The notes under the pieces are model-generated. The model did not search any database. It was not told where the DNA came from and saw only the letters and a list, made by a program, of their open reading frames with translations. Of a stretch of 64,000 bases of DNA, positions 13,965 to 28,200 are shown piece by piece. The DNA lies in NCBI RefSeq assembly GCF_964204645.1, contig NC_134025.1:10354001-10418000 (forward strand), read 5' to 3'. The translations under genes and the position numbers were made by a program. Source of the DNA: Tubulanus polymorphus (lineage: Eukaryota; Animalia; Nemertea). Each line of letters opens with the position of its first letter. Position 1 is the first letter of the stretch.

Positions 13965-14505
13965 ATAGGCGGAAGTAGCGGAGGTTTACTTCCAAGGCCA
14001 GTCAGCCATCTTGAACTGTGGAGCCTCCAAATTCGATGGGGGGGGGGGTTGTTCCTTGTGATCTAACATCGTATCTCTGAATATTTGGAAAGAATCGGCC
14101 GGTTTGCCTAAATAACTATTTTGAGGAGGATACATAACTACCATTCGGCCATCTTGAAAAGTTGAACCTTCAAACTCAATACGGTTTTATCATTCACTAT
14201 TCAGCAACATGTCATAAAATCTCAGAAGATTTCATACATAATAGTTCAGCCTGTATCCTGTGCACAAGGATAATTGCCTAAATCTTACAGAACAAAGATG
14301 GCTGCCAGTCAGCCATCCTGAAAAGGTGGAACCTCCATCATCAATAGGGTTCTTCCCAACTTCCGTCATAAAATTACAAAAAAAGATTCCATACCCTGGC
14401 TCAACATGCATCAGACAGACGGATGGTGCACGGAGCAATGTGGGACAAAAAGTGCCGAAATGCCCGCCGTGTTCAATAATTTCCAGGATGATAGCCGCGC
14501 TGATT
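13965..14505. repeat. Old interspersed element with repeated GCCATCTTGAA blocks and a GACAGACGGA tract (Helitron/Helentron-like non-autonomous type, tentative)
   Basis: Three CAGCCATCYTGAA...CCT(C/T)CA units plus CAGACAGACGGATGG; similar architecture at about 55335-55890. Confidence 0.4.
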
Positions 14506-17500
14506 AACTGATAGAGGTCAAGAGCAGCCGATGAATAAAACTCAAGGACAGGAAGCTGTGGAGGTGTACGCACGCGGAACTGGGTTTTACATTTCAAAAT
14601 AATGTAATAACGCTGAAGGATGAAATCGGAGTACACGCTCGCAAACGCTTTACTCATAATGACCGAAAATGAATCTTCCCCGATGGACGTCCATCCACCT
14701 AGAGAAAAGACGAACTAAACTATGAAAAACTAAACTCTCAAAAAGTCAACGACAAATTACACCGTCCTTTCTTTGATCTTGATGAAACGCTCTGTCAGTT
14801 TTGGAAATGTAATAAGTTCTCTACTGTAATAGTAAGTCTATTGTATTCAAGTCATTACTTATATTCACTACTGATTTATAAAATTACCCTTCATTTGCTC
14901 TAAATATGTTAAGTTTCTATGCTTTACTTCTCCCGCTTCTGGGATTGTCTCTACGTTCTGAATTGCATAAACAGTAGATTTCATAACTTTGGTGTAACTT
15001 AAGAATTTCGGAAGATGACTACTAGAATATTGTTGAAATGTCAAATAAACTTAAGCTCAAGGAAACCTACTCATTTTTCCTTTTTTACCATACGACACCT
15101 TTCTCGTCTTCATTCTTTATACGGCCCAGCCTCGCGTTTCATTTCGAAACGTTTGACCATCGTAGCAGATTTCGAACAGACATGGCAATTCTCTGAACGG
15201 ATGATGACATTTAGATAGAAGACACGAGAATGAATGACAACAATATACGCTATATACGAAATCCAATACGATCTAACTAAATGAACCCGAGACTATGCGA
15301 AGGTGTTAAGGTCTCGGATTTCAAATGTGTCAGGCCCTCATTAGTAGAATGACTACCGTAAATGCATGATAATGTAGCGTGCTTTAGAAAACATGTTAGG
15401 TAGGAGTTCAGGCAACTGAAAATCCATAAAACAATAGATGACGATATAAATCTGATTTTCCGATGAATATAAACAGCTGACGATTAACGCAAACATTTTC
15501 TGGATCCTCATCATCAGGTGAAATACGTGTGGATGAATTTTTGATCCCAAAATCTTCCTGTGTAGAAAAAGAAGTTTTTAACTCATTAGAAAATGAGGAA
15601 CCTGAAGCTATTCATGCAATAAATTGACCCGTGTTTAAGTTTGGCAAGGGCCTGGTCCGAAGTTTTTGGTTGGGCCAAATTTGGCCCAGGCCAGACAAGC
15701 ATGGCACTCGTTGTTCCGGGCCCATGCCAAAAATGTTTGTGTAATCGCAGCTATTATCAATACTGGTCTAAAGATTTATTCCATTTTATTCACGAGTTTA
15801 GAAATTTAAACTGGTTTTTCAAATGAGTCTGAAAATGTGACGTCATAGGTCAACGTGCACTTCATTCGAAAGAAGTCTATTCGGGGCAGCTGGTAGATTC
15901 ACTAACGTACAAAAGGAGCGTAAGAACAGATTCATTTTGAAGTTTTCTTCGCGAACCTTGAACAGAAAGGTTTTGAGAAGTCTTCCTACTTTGGCTGTTG
16001 ATAACTAATTGCTCGAAATGCCGACAGTATCAAAGGTATGAAATGAACTTGTTCTTATCGCTAGACGCTTTCATGCCTAACGAACTGGCAGTACGAGTAG
16101 AGTAGTCGACTCATTGCCCTCTCCTCTTTAATCACTCATTATGAAATGTTGGCCTTTGCTTTATGATACGCCTCGGCCGGAAAAAATAAAACGTGTGATC
16201 TATAATAATTCGTTGACAGTAGGAAGGAAGCAATTCGGCTGGGTATCGTACAAAGTGACCGTGAATGCAAAACTAATCACGCTTACGTGATATCGAGTTG
16301 GGCAAATGGAGAAAAACGTAATTTTGCACGGCAGATTACGAGTTATATGATCTTAAAATGGAGGAAAGAATTGCTGATAATGCATACATGCATAAAGCGA
16401 ACAATGTTGGAACATCTGCGAAGACCAACGAGCTGACAAAATAGTTAATCAAAATCAAAATGAGTACATAAGCAAAGTGGCTATAACTCAAACAATGATC
16501 AATTTTAGTCGCCATTAAGCCAATTCTTTAGAAGTTTCTTGTAAACATTATCTAAAAAGTTGTTCTGATCGTCTGAGCAACTGGCTCATATGGCCATTCG
16601 CACAGTCAAGACTTAGATTTAAAGCCAGTCTAAGCCCATCTCGATGCTAAAGTCAATCTAACAACCTCAGATCAGTCTTAAGATTTAGGAACACTTTTGC
16701 ACTTGCGCCAGGTTCATAATACCGGCATTTTCCATACGCTAACATTTTAAAGGGGCTGCATTTATTGTAAAGTGTACGACATAGTGGCTGCTGAAGTAGT
16801 AAGGCTTTCAATCCCCACAAAAGTAACAGAAACTTTATCTTAATTTTGGTACAATCTTCTATTTCAGGTAGGGGCTGCGGATATCTTATCAGGGGGGATA
16901 ATTCTCAGAGGGGTGGATGTGAAAATCAAATGGGTGGCCACCCCTCTTAAACCTGCTGTGGAGAAGAGAATGCTGAAAATACAGAGTGCAACGGCCATAA
17001 CTTTGTCGAGGAGTTCCGTACCACTTCACACGGAATATCCTTGTACATCAACTGTATGCACTTCCGATCGGGAGCTAGTTCAAACGGATGATCGAAAAAC
17101 TGAAGAGCCTACCCACCGCCTCAAAACCATCTGTACTTGCGCGCAATAACGCACGTTCGCAAATTTTTCAAATTCAAAACCGACGAATCCGCCGGTACTT
17201 GCGTCGAGTAATTAAATTTCAAATGGGCGCCGGAAAATAAATACGAATACGAACCGTACCTCGGAGAACGGCTGAGGTAGACGCCCGATTCGGCACGCGT
17301 CTCGGTCGGCGCGCATATTTGCCAATAGCATTTTTACGCCATCAAAATCAATACGCCGTATTGGCTTAATTGTTATTGTGATGAATTTTCTTCAATTTTT
17401 ACCGCCACCCGATCTGATTTTTACGCGAAAAGTAATTATTTGAAGATTGTGACACCGCACGCGGTCGGATTATATTCTCGATATCGGCCCCGGCGACCGG

Positions 17501-17864
17501 ATTACCTTGTTAACTCGCGCACTACGACAACGACGAATAAACACGTCGTCAGGTAATATTAGCAAAGCATCAGAATTGGTTGCATAGAGAAGTTTCGATA
17601 ATTCGATAAAAGGTTCAATAATCGTGTTGAAAAGGTGTAGGATCCGATGCATTTTCATTATATTTGGTTAATTTAGGTATCAATCCGGGGCCAGTCCCTC
17701 AAAATTTGGTTAGAGTTAACCACTGGATAGTTGACAAAGTGACAATTGAAAGTAAATTGTTATTATGGTATCTATCGGCCAGTTATCTTTAACTTACTTT
17801 AAGCAAATGGCTCATGTTGCCTGGACTGACCTCTACCAAACATTTTCACCATTCTCTTATCATC

Positions 17865-18169
17865 CAGAGACGGAGACGATTTGGCGCGAGCCAAATTGGC
17901 ACGGATCAGACCAGAATCAAATTTGGCCCGTGCCTAATTAGAGAGCGTGATCGCTCATAAACCACTCACTAGATACTAAAAAATGCTTAAACAAAGCGAA
18001 GTGAGTCAATTCCGGAACCAGTTGCAATTCACGCGCAATAATTTGACCCACGCTAGAACTTGGCTCGGGCCTGGTGCGACATTTTTGGTCGGGCCAACCA
18101 GGCATGGGCCCATTTGGCACCCATGTAAAAAAGTTGTTCCGGACCAAAAATGCTTGTGTAATCATGGCT
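17865..18169. mobile_element. Family B MITE
   Basis: Near full-length body; right TIR TGTGTAATCATGGCT. Confidence 0.8.
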
Positions 18170-18855
18170 GATGACTGTCAACTGGTACACTCTAACCAAC
18201 TTCTGAGCAAGAGTTCAAACAGCAAATATCTGCTGAGCCTACGTTTCCATATTGATGACTGCATATTTGTTTGCGCTCCAGAAACAATCCTTTCGCGAAT
18301 CGGTTTTTCAAAAATACTTTTCCCGGTAATCGCTCTACGTTTTCATTCGTCATGCCAATAGCTACATACACGTGTTTATATGTATAGATGGGAAAACTGA
18401 CGAATATCGAACCCCGCAATTAGTTGGAACGTAATTGATTTCAACAAAAGAAATCCACGGTTACCATGCCCACAAAACTACACCATCGCCTCGAGTCCAA
18501 TACCAGTTACAGGCGTATTATTCCGAATATATGCGTGGGTAGATCGTCTTAAAATCTATTAAGTTTTCATCGAGCATGGAAACTCAGAAGCCCGGGATCC
18601 GAGTGCAAAGTGCTTATATGGGCAAAAATGAGTCGAGATGGAAGCCTCCATTTACTACTTTACTACTATTTTGTACTCTATTTACTCCACTTACTACAAT
18701 ACTGCTACGATAGCTTTAAGCGCGGTTATTCAAAATTTCTGAATTGCTGAAAAAAGAAATGGCTTATTCATGTAGACATGCTATAGACAGGCTTTTTGGC
18801 CAGACGCTTGCGATGTAAGTCTAACAGGGCCTTCATATCTTGGTTTAAGAAGTTA

Positions 18856-19218
18856 GGGGCTGTCCGTTAAAGACGTCCAAGGTCGAGGGGGTTTGTGAAC
18901 TTTCGACTGTTGTGAAGCAGGGGGATGCTTGGACGCGGACATCCTTGTTCAAGAGGCGGGGTGATCACCAATGGGACATCTTTTGTGGATAATAGTCTAA
19001 GCGATCTGTGTTTTGAACACACTAGTCCAGAATGTAAAACAAATGATTAAGTGAATGAAAAAAAATATTATTTTGCATGACTGGATATGCTAAGTCTTTA
19101 ATTGCTTTTTGTCCAATGGACAGGGCTAGGGGCTAGTGCATTGTGGATATCATGTGGACATGGGGGAGGGAGGTCAAAATTTTGCAATTTTGTGTGAAGG
19201 TCTTTTATGGACAGCCCC
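18856..19218. mobile_element. MITE with GGGGCTGTCC TIRs (Harbinger-like)
   Basis: GGGGCTGTCCGTTAAAGAC ... GTCTTTTATGGACAGCCCC; flanks TTA / TTT. Confidence 0.7.
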
Positions 19219-19593
19219 TTTTATAAGTCAAAGAACAAACATGGGCTTCATTTCGAAGTCCATGAATATAAAGCCAACTATTCGCGGAATTGCTCAAAAC
19301 TTAGGCGACATTAATGCGCTTAAAATGCCACGAGAACAATTACAAATGCCATAAGAACGATAAAGGGATGAGCCTTTCACGACGGATGAAAGATAGTCGA
19401 AGCTTTGTAAGTGGAAACTAGCGTGGGAGGTATAATATTACACACCATCCTCTGATCTACGTCGTCGCTAATCACTCACAACCTTCAAACTTTCTGAACG
19501 TAGGTCTGTCACCGACAGACTTAGTTATAGGACAGTTCCTTATTTCCCAACACAAAACACTTATTCGTAACCATCAGAAATTGGGAAAGATAT

Positions 19594-19775
19594 GGACCCG
19601 GTTCGACAGTTGTGAGTTGGAGTTAACTCTGAGTTAAAATCAGTTCATTTTCAATGTTTAAACTGCAGGGCCCGGTTCCAAGTTGTGAGTAACAGTTAAC
19701 TCTTGAGTTAAAATCAGTTCATTTTCGATGTTTTAACTCTTAAGAGTCTAATTTAACTAAAAACTGTGGAACTGA
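19594..19775. repeat. Tandem ~74-bp duplication within a GAGTTAACTC-type MITE
   Basis: GGNCCCGGTTC...GTTGTGAGT...GAGTTAAAATCAGTTCATTTTC occurs twice in tandem. Confidence 0.7.
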
Positions 19776-19810
19776 ATCACTATCACTACAAGCCTCAGAT
19801 GGTTTACTAT

Positions 19811-19956
19811 AGCTCCGATCACACACGTATTTTTGACCAGGGTTCAAACTTTGAGCCAGTGGTTTACGCTTGAATGCGCTCTCTAATCAGGCGCGAGCCA
19901 AATTTGACTAGGGTCCGGGCCAGTTTAACCTGGGCCAAACTGTCACGATCACAGCT
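19811..19956. mobile_element. Family B MITE, internally deleted
   Basis: AGCTCCGATCACAC ... GATCACAGCT with TAT TSD. Confidence 0.7.
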
Positions 19957-20117
19957 TATGTACAATACTGAGAAGGGGACCATGGACTTGAAAACTCGGC
20001 ATCCAGGGCTCTACACACACAAACTGCTGTCTGTTCTAGCAACTGAAATCTCTCATCGATAGATAAGCCTAATAATATTGACATTTGTATCATTGTCATC
20101 ATCCATTTCATAGTCAC

Positions 20118-20260
20118 CGGGGCTCGTCCACTCTGTCCAGAGCTACAGCCTTCAGGCTCTGGACGAGTCCTTCATAGTTCAGTGTGGTATTTTGTAAGAT
20201 AAATTATTATACTAAATTATGTTCTATGAAAATAAAATCAATCAATCAATCAATCAATCA
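20118..20260 (+). mobile_element. 3' tail remnant of a non-LTR retrotransposon
   Basis: Stem-loop (GGGCTCGTCCA...TGGACGAGTCC), then AATAAA and an (AATC)n tail. Confidence 0.5.
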
Positions 20261-20811
20261 TCACATAGCCTTAGCCCGCACTACAGATTTCAGATCTTCA
20301 CATTTTCTCAAAGCCTTCGGTCGAAACGCTGACGGATTTCGCTCCGCGAAAAAAATATCTTCGTCAATTATATGTCGGTTAAAACCTTCGGTATCCTGTC
20401 ACGACCATGGTATCGTCGCAATGATGATGAATACGTCAGATCGAGCCCTCCATTATCATCAACCGAGAGTTTCCGTCATTAACATATATGCAGGTCGCTA
20501 TCATACCCGACTTTGGCTTCGTAATTTCCTAATGACGACTGACTTCTGGTTTATCGAGGTATGCGCGTTCACGTCAATCATCTATCGAGTCTGTATAGAC
20601 ATTCTATTGCTTCATTAAAACGCGCCATGAGATGACAACAAATTTTTGCCGCCGCGCACCCCACAGGCAATTAGATGTACCCATAAACCGGCGATAAACA
20701 GCTTAAGCAAGACGCATTGTCGATTCGCCCTTCTGAATGTAAAGCAGCCGAACGCGCTGCCATGTGAATCTTCCACGCAAAATTCCCCTTCTTTAATATA
20801 TACCACCCGTA

Positions 20812-21117
20812 AGCCGCGATCAAACTGGGCCAAATTTGGCCTGGAACAATGCCAAATGGGCCAGGCCGAACACTCAAATTTGGCCCGACCAAAAGCGTCG
20901 GCCAAGGCCCTAGCCAAATTTCAGCATGGGTAAATCATTGCATATGAATTGCAACTGGTTTCGCGTGTGACTCACTTCGCTTTGTTTAAGCATTGTTTAG
21001 TATCGAGCGAGTGGTTTACGTGTGAACGCACTCTCTAATTAGACAGGACCAAATTTAACTCGGGCCTGATCCGTACCAATTTGGCCTCGGCCAAATCGTC
21101 TCTTCGCGATCTCGGCT
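20812..21117. mobile_element. Family B MITE
   Basis: AGCCGCGATC ... GATCTCGGCT with GTA TSD on both sides. Confidence 0.85.
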
Positions 21118-24100
21118 GTAGATGCATCTAAGTCGGTAATGACAACAAATTTTGACACCGCAAGCGCGCTAGCTATTAAGATTTAAAATAAAGCTTCGAA
21201 TTGCTGGCGTAGCGCGAGTAGTTCCACACCTGTGCCACCGGTAACGCTACGAGGCTGATTGATGGTGTCAAATGAGCAGAATTTAAACTATTGAAAATTG
21301 ACTCATTTTTCACGAATTATCTGGGAATATTATCAGCATTATCTCAACTCCGAGGCACGCGTATAGTTTCGACGGATAACTCATTACGGCAACTTTCTCT
21401 GGTGGCTAAGAATTTCTCGCGAACGAACTGCGTTGCGCGATGGTGAAAAATTCATCAGCCCCGTATCGTGAAAAATTGCTATCCAATTTTTGCGCGTGAT
21501 CCTAACACCTTGGGACATACAACATTTCAAAATGGATACTCATCATGGTCACAACATCAATAAGGGGCGAATAGAAAAAAAAATCACAATCTTTTGGTCA
21601 AATCAAATAACTGAGTTTGATATGAAAGAACTTCCGACATCTAAAAACAATATTTTACAATGTTTCTCGCTGCAAACATAGGAATGAAAAATGAACATAA
21701 AATAAAGTTGAAGTTTTAAAATCCGCACGCGACGATGTACTGATACTTCGATCGTCGAAATCTATTAAACGATACTAATAGATTCGACGATGAAATTTCA
21801 ATTTTCAGATATTTTCTACCGGGCGACCGGAAACCGCATCGGCGATAATCCTGATGGATCGGTGAATGGCAGTAGGAAGGAGACATCGACTCTATACGAC
21901 GAACTACGAGATAAGGCCGCCAGCTGAAACAGGCAGAATCATCCCCCCCCCCCCCGCAGAGCATGAATAATCAAGAAATTGCAAATTTAAAAATCTTGCC
22001 TCCTCGCAGAAAAAAATTTTCGTTCCGTTTTTTTTTCTTCCAGCGCAGCTGCTGCATCTGACGCATACGTTTTACCCCGTGCAGATAAACGTTAAACTCG
22101 GTTGTTTGTTGAAATATTCGTTGCGACACTATTCATGAAATACGTAACATCCAACTCTAATATCATGTATGACACACTGTTACGGTCCTGTAAGATCTGA
22201 CTAGAGCTAAGTCTACTATGTACGTAAAGCAAAAACTAACTTAAAAGTTTAATGAAGCTTTGAAAAATAGCACATATATCGCTTAATATTGTCGGCAATA
22301 AAGTTATTTTGGATTTGAATATATCATCGATTGTAATGAACTGACCGGCAACCAGTCTTGCCCCCAAATCCTCTAAAAAAATAATCACTTTAAACGATTA
22401 TTATCTCAAAATCTATAAAAAATAAATCAAGAGTTATGAAATACATTTAATTACATAATAAACGCCAAAATTAACAAATTTCAAATGTTATTTTGAAACG
22501 CCAATATTGATGACTCAGTAGTTATTCGGTAGTTACTTGGTAGCATTATTTTAACTGTTTTTACGGCGTCCAACAGAAAACCTACGGCCCACGCGCGCGT
22601 CCGTCCGAACATTTCCCAATTATCGGTGTATTCAGCTGCCAATAACGCGACATTATACGAAACAAGCTACGAAATTGTTTCTTCATCTTGAACTTGACAT
22701 CGTAAATCACGACGACGACGAGCGTCAAAAGCATTTCACGTGTAATCAAAAATATGAATGACAACGAACGGAAAGATGATGTATTTTTTTCGCCCGTAGC
22801 ATGTGTGTGTGTGTTTTTCACCGCGGATGACAACGACGACTTTTGCGGTGACAGATTGTCGACGGCGATATTCATGCGTCTTCTGATTGTTTCATTGAGC
22901 GTGAAGCATGCGAACGGGCAATCTTTGCACCTCGTCGATGATACAATTATCGCAGATAGCCAATTACGCCGATTTCGGTGAATAATTAACAGGGCTTGAT
23001 TAATTTGAATTTGATTGGGCTTTCGTTATAGGGAGCGATGTACGCTAGGCTGTCGTGGCGATTACTTCACGAGAAATGCCTCGATTCAAAACCAGAAACG
23101 TAGAAAACCATTAATATCTAATGCATTGTCAACGCGTTCAGTACCATCAACTAAGAGGCTTGACCTTTTAAGCCAAACAAACTATTTGGACTCACTTTAG
23201 AATATGAGTTTTCAAACGAGTACCGGTTACATAAATAGACTATAAATTCTGAAATTAATCGCAAGATTCCTATGTGGAGGCAGAAACTGGGTAGAAGGAT
23301 GCGTTCAGATATAGCGTATCTATATGGTTCTTCTTGAAGACCGAGCGCATCTGTTGCCAGATATAAAATCCGTCGGAGGGTTATCAGAACGATGGTTTAT
23401 GAATATTCGCGTTTATGTCAATGAGATAAAGTTATTAACAGTCACGATGACATCCATTTTATTTCGTTGGAAGATGATTACGCAGAAATCGATGTATTTG
23501 TCGGTGAAATGGCACAAATCTGGGGGTTATTCATCGACACACAATTGCCCTGTGCAACTTAACTTGTTTCAGATCTAACCCCCTAGAGAACCGACAGGGT
23601 CGATTATGGACCCCTCCTAATTAGCCGGTCAGAACAGTTGGTGGTGGGGTGAATAGCAACTGTGCTACCTTAAAAGCCCACTGTTTCATATATGACCCAT
23701 TGGTTAGAAAAATCACCAGGTGGCGCTCCATGAAATTGAAATTTACTACTTCGACCCAAGGGGTCATATATGACCCATGGCCAGAACGTAGCTTGTACGT
23801 TTTCTATCAATAATTTTGGGTCATTTTATGGAACACTGGGTTTAAGGATGAACTTTTTCAGATTAAAAAGTTTCTCTGTAAATATCTAGGTACTCTAGAC
23901 TAATAATGAAGCTGTCTGGGGTCAAATTTGATCCATCCCCTAAAACAAAAGAACAGGAACGTGGGGTATGCCCTACTGCCAGAAGTATGCTGCCTCGAGT
24001 TCCCCAGGATTCAACTATGATAAAATTGTCATGAATTCCGATCTTGTGCCGAAATCGAAGAAATGTTTTTTTGTTTTAAAGTTAAATCGAAGCCCAGATT

Positions 24101-24945
24101 CGTCGGAGACACGACGACCGAACAAAAAACAAAATCACTAGTAATCCTAAGCCGAGTCAGCTGTAGGGTGGTTTTTTCACATCACAATTCCAATAAAGAT
24201 GGCCACAAATGGGTTTTCGCAATTTCATTAGACAACCGATGAATATGGCCGGCATCATCGGCGAGTGGATTAAACTCTATATAGCTCATCTCGGCACAGC
24301 GCGCGATAGCTCTGGAAATAATGCGGAGGTGTTTGAAACGCCGAATGCAGGTGACTGAATTGTACACTCGCATCAGATTATCTTTGTGTGCGTCGTTGTT
24401 CGGAAAGCGGCGATGAAATTATTCCCTTAACGACGACCTTTCGATTATTACGAAATCTTCACCGAAACGAAATCCATTAAGAAGCTTTTCAGACGCCGGA
24501 TTAAAAGCTAATTTTCAAGTAGCCACGACGACGATGAAAACACATTGATTTCGACGTTTCATCGGATTAAACTGATTATTCATATAGGCTTCTTATTTAT
24601 GTAAAAAAGAAAAAAAAAACATATCAGCCTCCTCCACCGGCAAAAGCTAGGAAATCGAGACCATATTTCTGAGTCGGATGGTATTCTTCACCGATGTCCA
24701 AAACCCTCACCAACAGGAGCCACCCGCAACAGAAATGGATGGTTCCGCCTGCTATGATTTCGACGTTCTCAAAGATGACCTAACTGGATATAACGGTGAA
24801 AACCCATAACATATCTTCACATGATGATTTTCTATGATCTTATTGTCAAATAGATCAAATTGTCTTAGCTTATACATGTCATTTTAAGTGTCAATGAACT
24901 CAGTCCAACATGAACTTCCATGCACCAACAATAACAGACCAGAAT

Positions 24946-25240
24946 TTAACCCTTTCAGTGCGTCTACACTGCAGTGCGGTGTATAAATCGGTGATGGATT
25001 TTGCTAGAACACCACACTGCAGTGTATTGATGTAATTAGTAATTAGTTTTTTATCTCTATTCAAAGGCAGCAGCACCTGTCGAACAGTGAAATATTTCTA
25101 ACTAACGATACACTGCTCCGTGGTGTACACGCACTATAGTGGTATTCCCGTTATTCAACACACTAGGGTGGAATCTTCCAAAATTTCTAGATTATCTCCA
25201 GCACTATTGGGTATCAATTAGTCAGCACTGAAAGGGTTAA
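24946..25240. mobile_element. piggyBac-type MITE, family A, copy 5
   Basis: TTAA TSDs and perfect TIRs. Confidence 0.9.
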
Positions 25241-28200
25241 GTCCGGAATTTCAAAAAAAATTGGGTTGGCAATGGTACATGACATAGGCCTTATTCTTAG
25301 CTGGATGAACGGAGCAGATTGTTTTCAGTTTCTCTAGTTCTCTACTTCCTTCAGCTAAGTCAAAATATGTTTCATCGCCAGGAAAAGCTAAAACTGCCTT
25401 GACGACAAGCGATCTCGCAAACTTTTGATATGAACACTTGGCAAAATCTTAAAGGGCAACAATGCCCTCGAAAAAGTTCAAAGATTCTCTCTCTCCTCTG
25501 CGTGAAACAATAACGAACTAGGCATCTCGGCGCTGGTGAGAAATGTCAATCTTCGCGTTCATTGTTTTCCACCGCGCCTAATAGCGAATCTCAGCTAGAA
25601 ACGAGATTTTCCCTTCACGATTGTTCTTCGCAGTGTTTGCGATAAGCGGTTGTTATCGCATTCTCACGGGCGATTCGTAACCTAGATACGAACTCGGCGA
25701 CGACTGTTGCGCTGTCGTGGGCTTTCTCTTTGGATAAAGGTCGATTCGACAGGCGGACGAGACTGCTGCTGCTTGGGATGAAAAGAGATGTGCACCCGCT
25801 ATGAAAACCCTGAGCTCAAAGTAAATGATGAACATTATCAAGATCGAAGAAGCTGCATTGTTGCGGGCCTTCTCTACAAATACGGCCAACTCGTAAGGCG
25901 GACTAATGTCTGCTGCTTAGGGCAAATAGATGCACCCCTCTGTCATACGACGTAATACAATGGGAGAAGCGAGTTGTAGTTCCTCTTCATTTGATGATGA
26001 ACGGGACAATAGCCAGCAGATACGACGTACCACTCTGGCGATACACCGCATGAACAAGGCAAACAGACGGTACGATTACAAAAAATGTATATCATGGGTT
26101 TATCTGAAAATAATGACGCCGACCCGCGGGACGCGGGCGGTGCTAATGGTTTACCTGAAGATGGACTTAGTCAATTCGCCGAAACGAGCCCCGCGTGGCT
26201 CATCAAACGCTGCTGTTCATTTGGTCGCAAACACGGTGTACATGTTGAACACCGTTCTATCGTGCCCTAACGTCTAGTTAACGATCCGCCGAGAGATGTT
26301 ATTACCGGCCAACAATGCCGCAGTTTAACTTCTACAGACAATGCCAGCCAGGTACACGACCGCAGTCTCTGTCCACAGTCTCCGATCATCGTCGTATCAT
26401 ATTTCTTTAAAAAAAAGCCCAAACAGCGTTGGAGTAGGTTTACTCATTTTCATCATCACCATGAAGAACTTCGGCGAAGACACCTTTCCTAACAGTAAAA
26501 GCCCATATTGTATCCTGCGATGAGCGATTGGAATATGTACAAAGTGAGATTTTTAAGCAATATCTATGATTGAAGGGCTCGAAGTCTACCCATCATAGAA
26601 CCAACAAAATTAACCACTACCAAATAATGTCCAAGTCACCTACAAGTAGTTCAAGTCGTTTGAATCTACTGGTGAATATGATCATATGATTGCACTCAGG
26701 GAAAACTATGCTTTATAAGGCAAAAGTTCCCAGGAATATATGTCATTCAAAACGCTGGAAAAATGCGTATTATGCTTGAATATTAATATGTAATAAGACA
26801 ACCTACACCCATATCATATATACCAGGAATTGCGAGCTTATATACGAACAAAAAAATGCAACACTGCCTTCAGCTTCGTAGCGAGTAGTTGAACGAACTG
26901 CGATCGTTTTTCAAAGCAGTCGACTTTCAGTAATTGCTAAACGTGATATTTAGTTCTTATTGTTACGTTACGTAGTCCCTTGACTTCAACGGAAAAAATT
27001 CAATTCTGCGATGATCTACCCGGTTTATACAACACGAGGAAAAAAAGTTGTAATAATTCCCTAACAGCCATGCGAACATTCGATAGAATTCTAGATTGCT
27101 AGCGCGCAGCCTTAACCTTTGCAATTTTCCAATTAATAACACACACGCCGTAAAGCAGATGAAATGAACAGCGTTATAGAAAGTGCTTGAAGACACTCGA
27201 CTTCAGTGTCAAACCACACCCTGGATAACGATTCTTAATACCTTCGCTAATTTAGACTTAACCTTTCAGCCACTCTCTCCCTCGTGAAAACAAACTTAAG
27301 GTAATCTATTGCGAAGACAAGATCGTCTGATATCAAAGTCAACCGAAATCTCACGTCTACACCCTAAATACATGTATATAAAGAAATATAACTAATTAGT
27401 CAATGTTTGTAAAATCTAGTTTCATATTCTCGTGAAAATAACAAAGATGTCCATGTATTTCCAAGTACAAATGACTGCACTTCAGATAATTGCTTTCCAC
27501 CTGCTGCCGTTTGCCAAAAACAGCTTCCAACGGGACATGGACCTTCCCAATCATGGGCGGAAATAGATGGAGGATGCTACAGAAAGGTATCAATGGCATT
27601 CAGAATTTCTATTCGATCAAGAAAATCAAAACATAGCGCCAAGATAGTCAAGATAAGTCAAGATAACCCATGCCGCATTCGAGAAACAATGTTTACTGAA
27701 TGCAAATTCAGCTTCAGTTTGAACACATGGATCCTATGAGAAATGACTTGGATGTATAAACAATGCATTGAACGCTAGTAAAAGCCACAGCTTCCCTAAT
27801 TTCCCCTGTCAGCCGGCTAATAGCGCACTCGCTAGAAAATATGAAGAAATCAGATGACTGCGAATGTATATGAGCAACATCAACACCTACTTCACGTGAG
27901 AGCCACTTCAGCGTGGAGAACACGGCGAACTGGTGCTCAAATTTCCTCAACAACTTCCCGAAGAGCGCCTTCAACGAAGCCTGCCGTATTGGCAGCTGAT
28001 GAGTAGCCATGTAAATGACTTAAGACCCCCGTTCTAGCGAGATATCAGTATTCCGGTCAGCGTTCATCATCGGCAGGCATCGTCTTAGAACGGTGTCACG
28101 TTTCATCAATGGACGAATGCTCTCGCACGCTCGCGACGGTCTGTCGAAAACAGAACCGGTCAAAAACCGATCGACGGAAACTTCCCTGGCAAGACAGTTT

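Noticed and set aside
15641-20933. Recurring ORFs with AKFGPG/WAKFG-like peptides suggesting a protein family
   Set aside because: All overlap copies of the non-coding family B MITE (GGCCAAATTTGGCC repeats)
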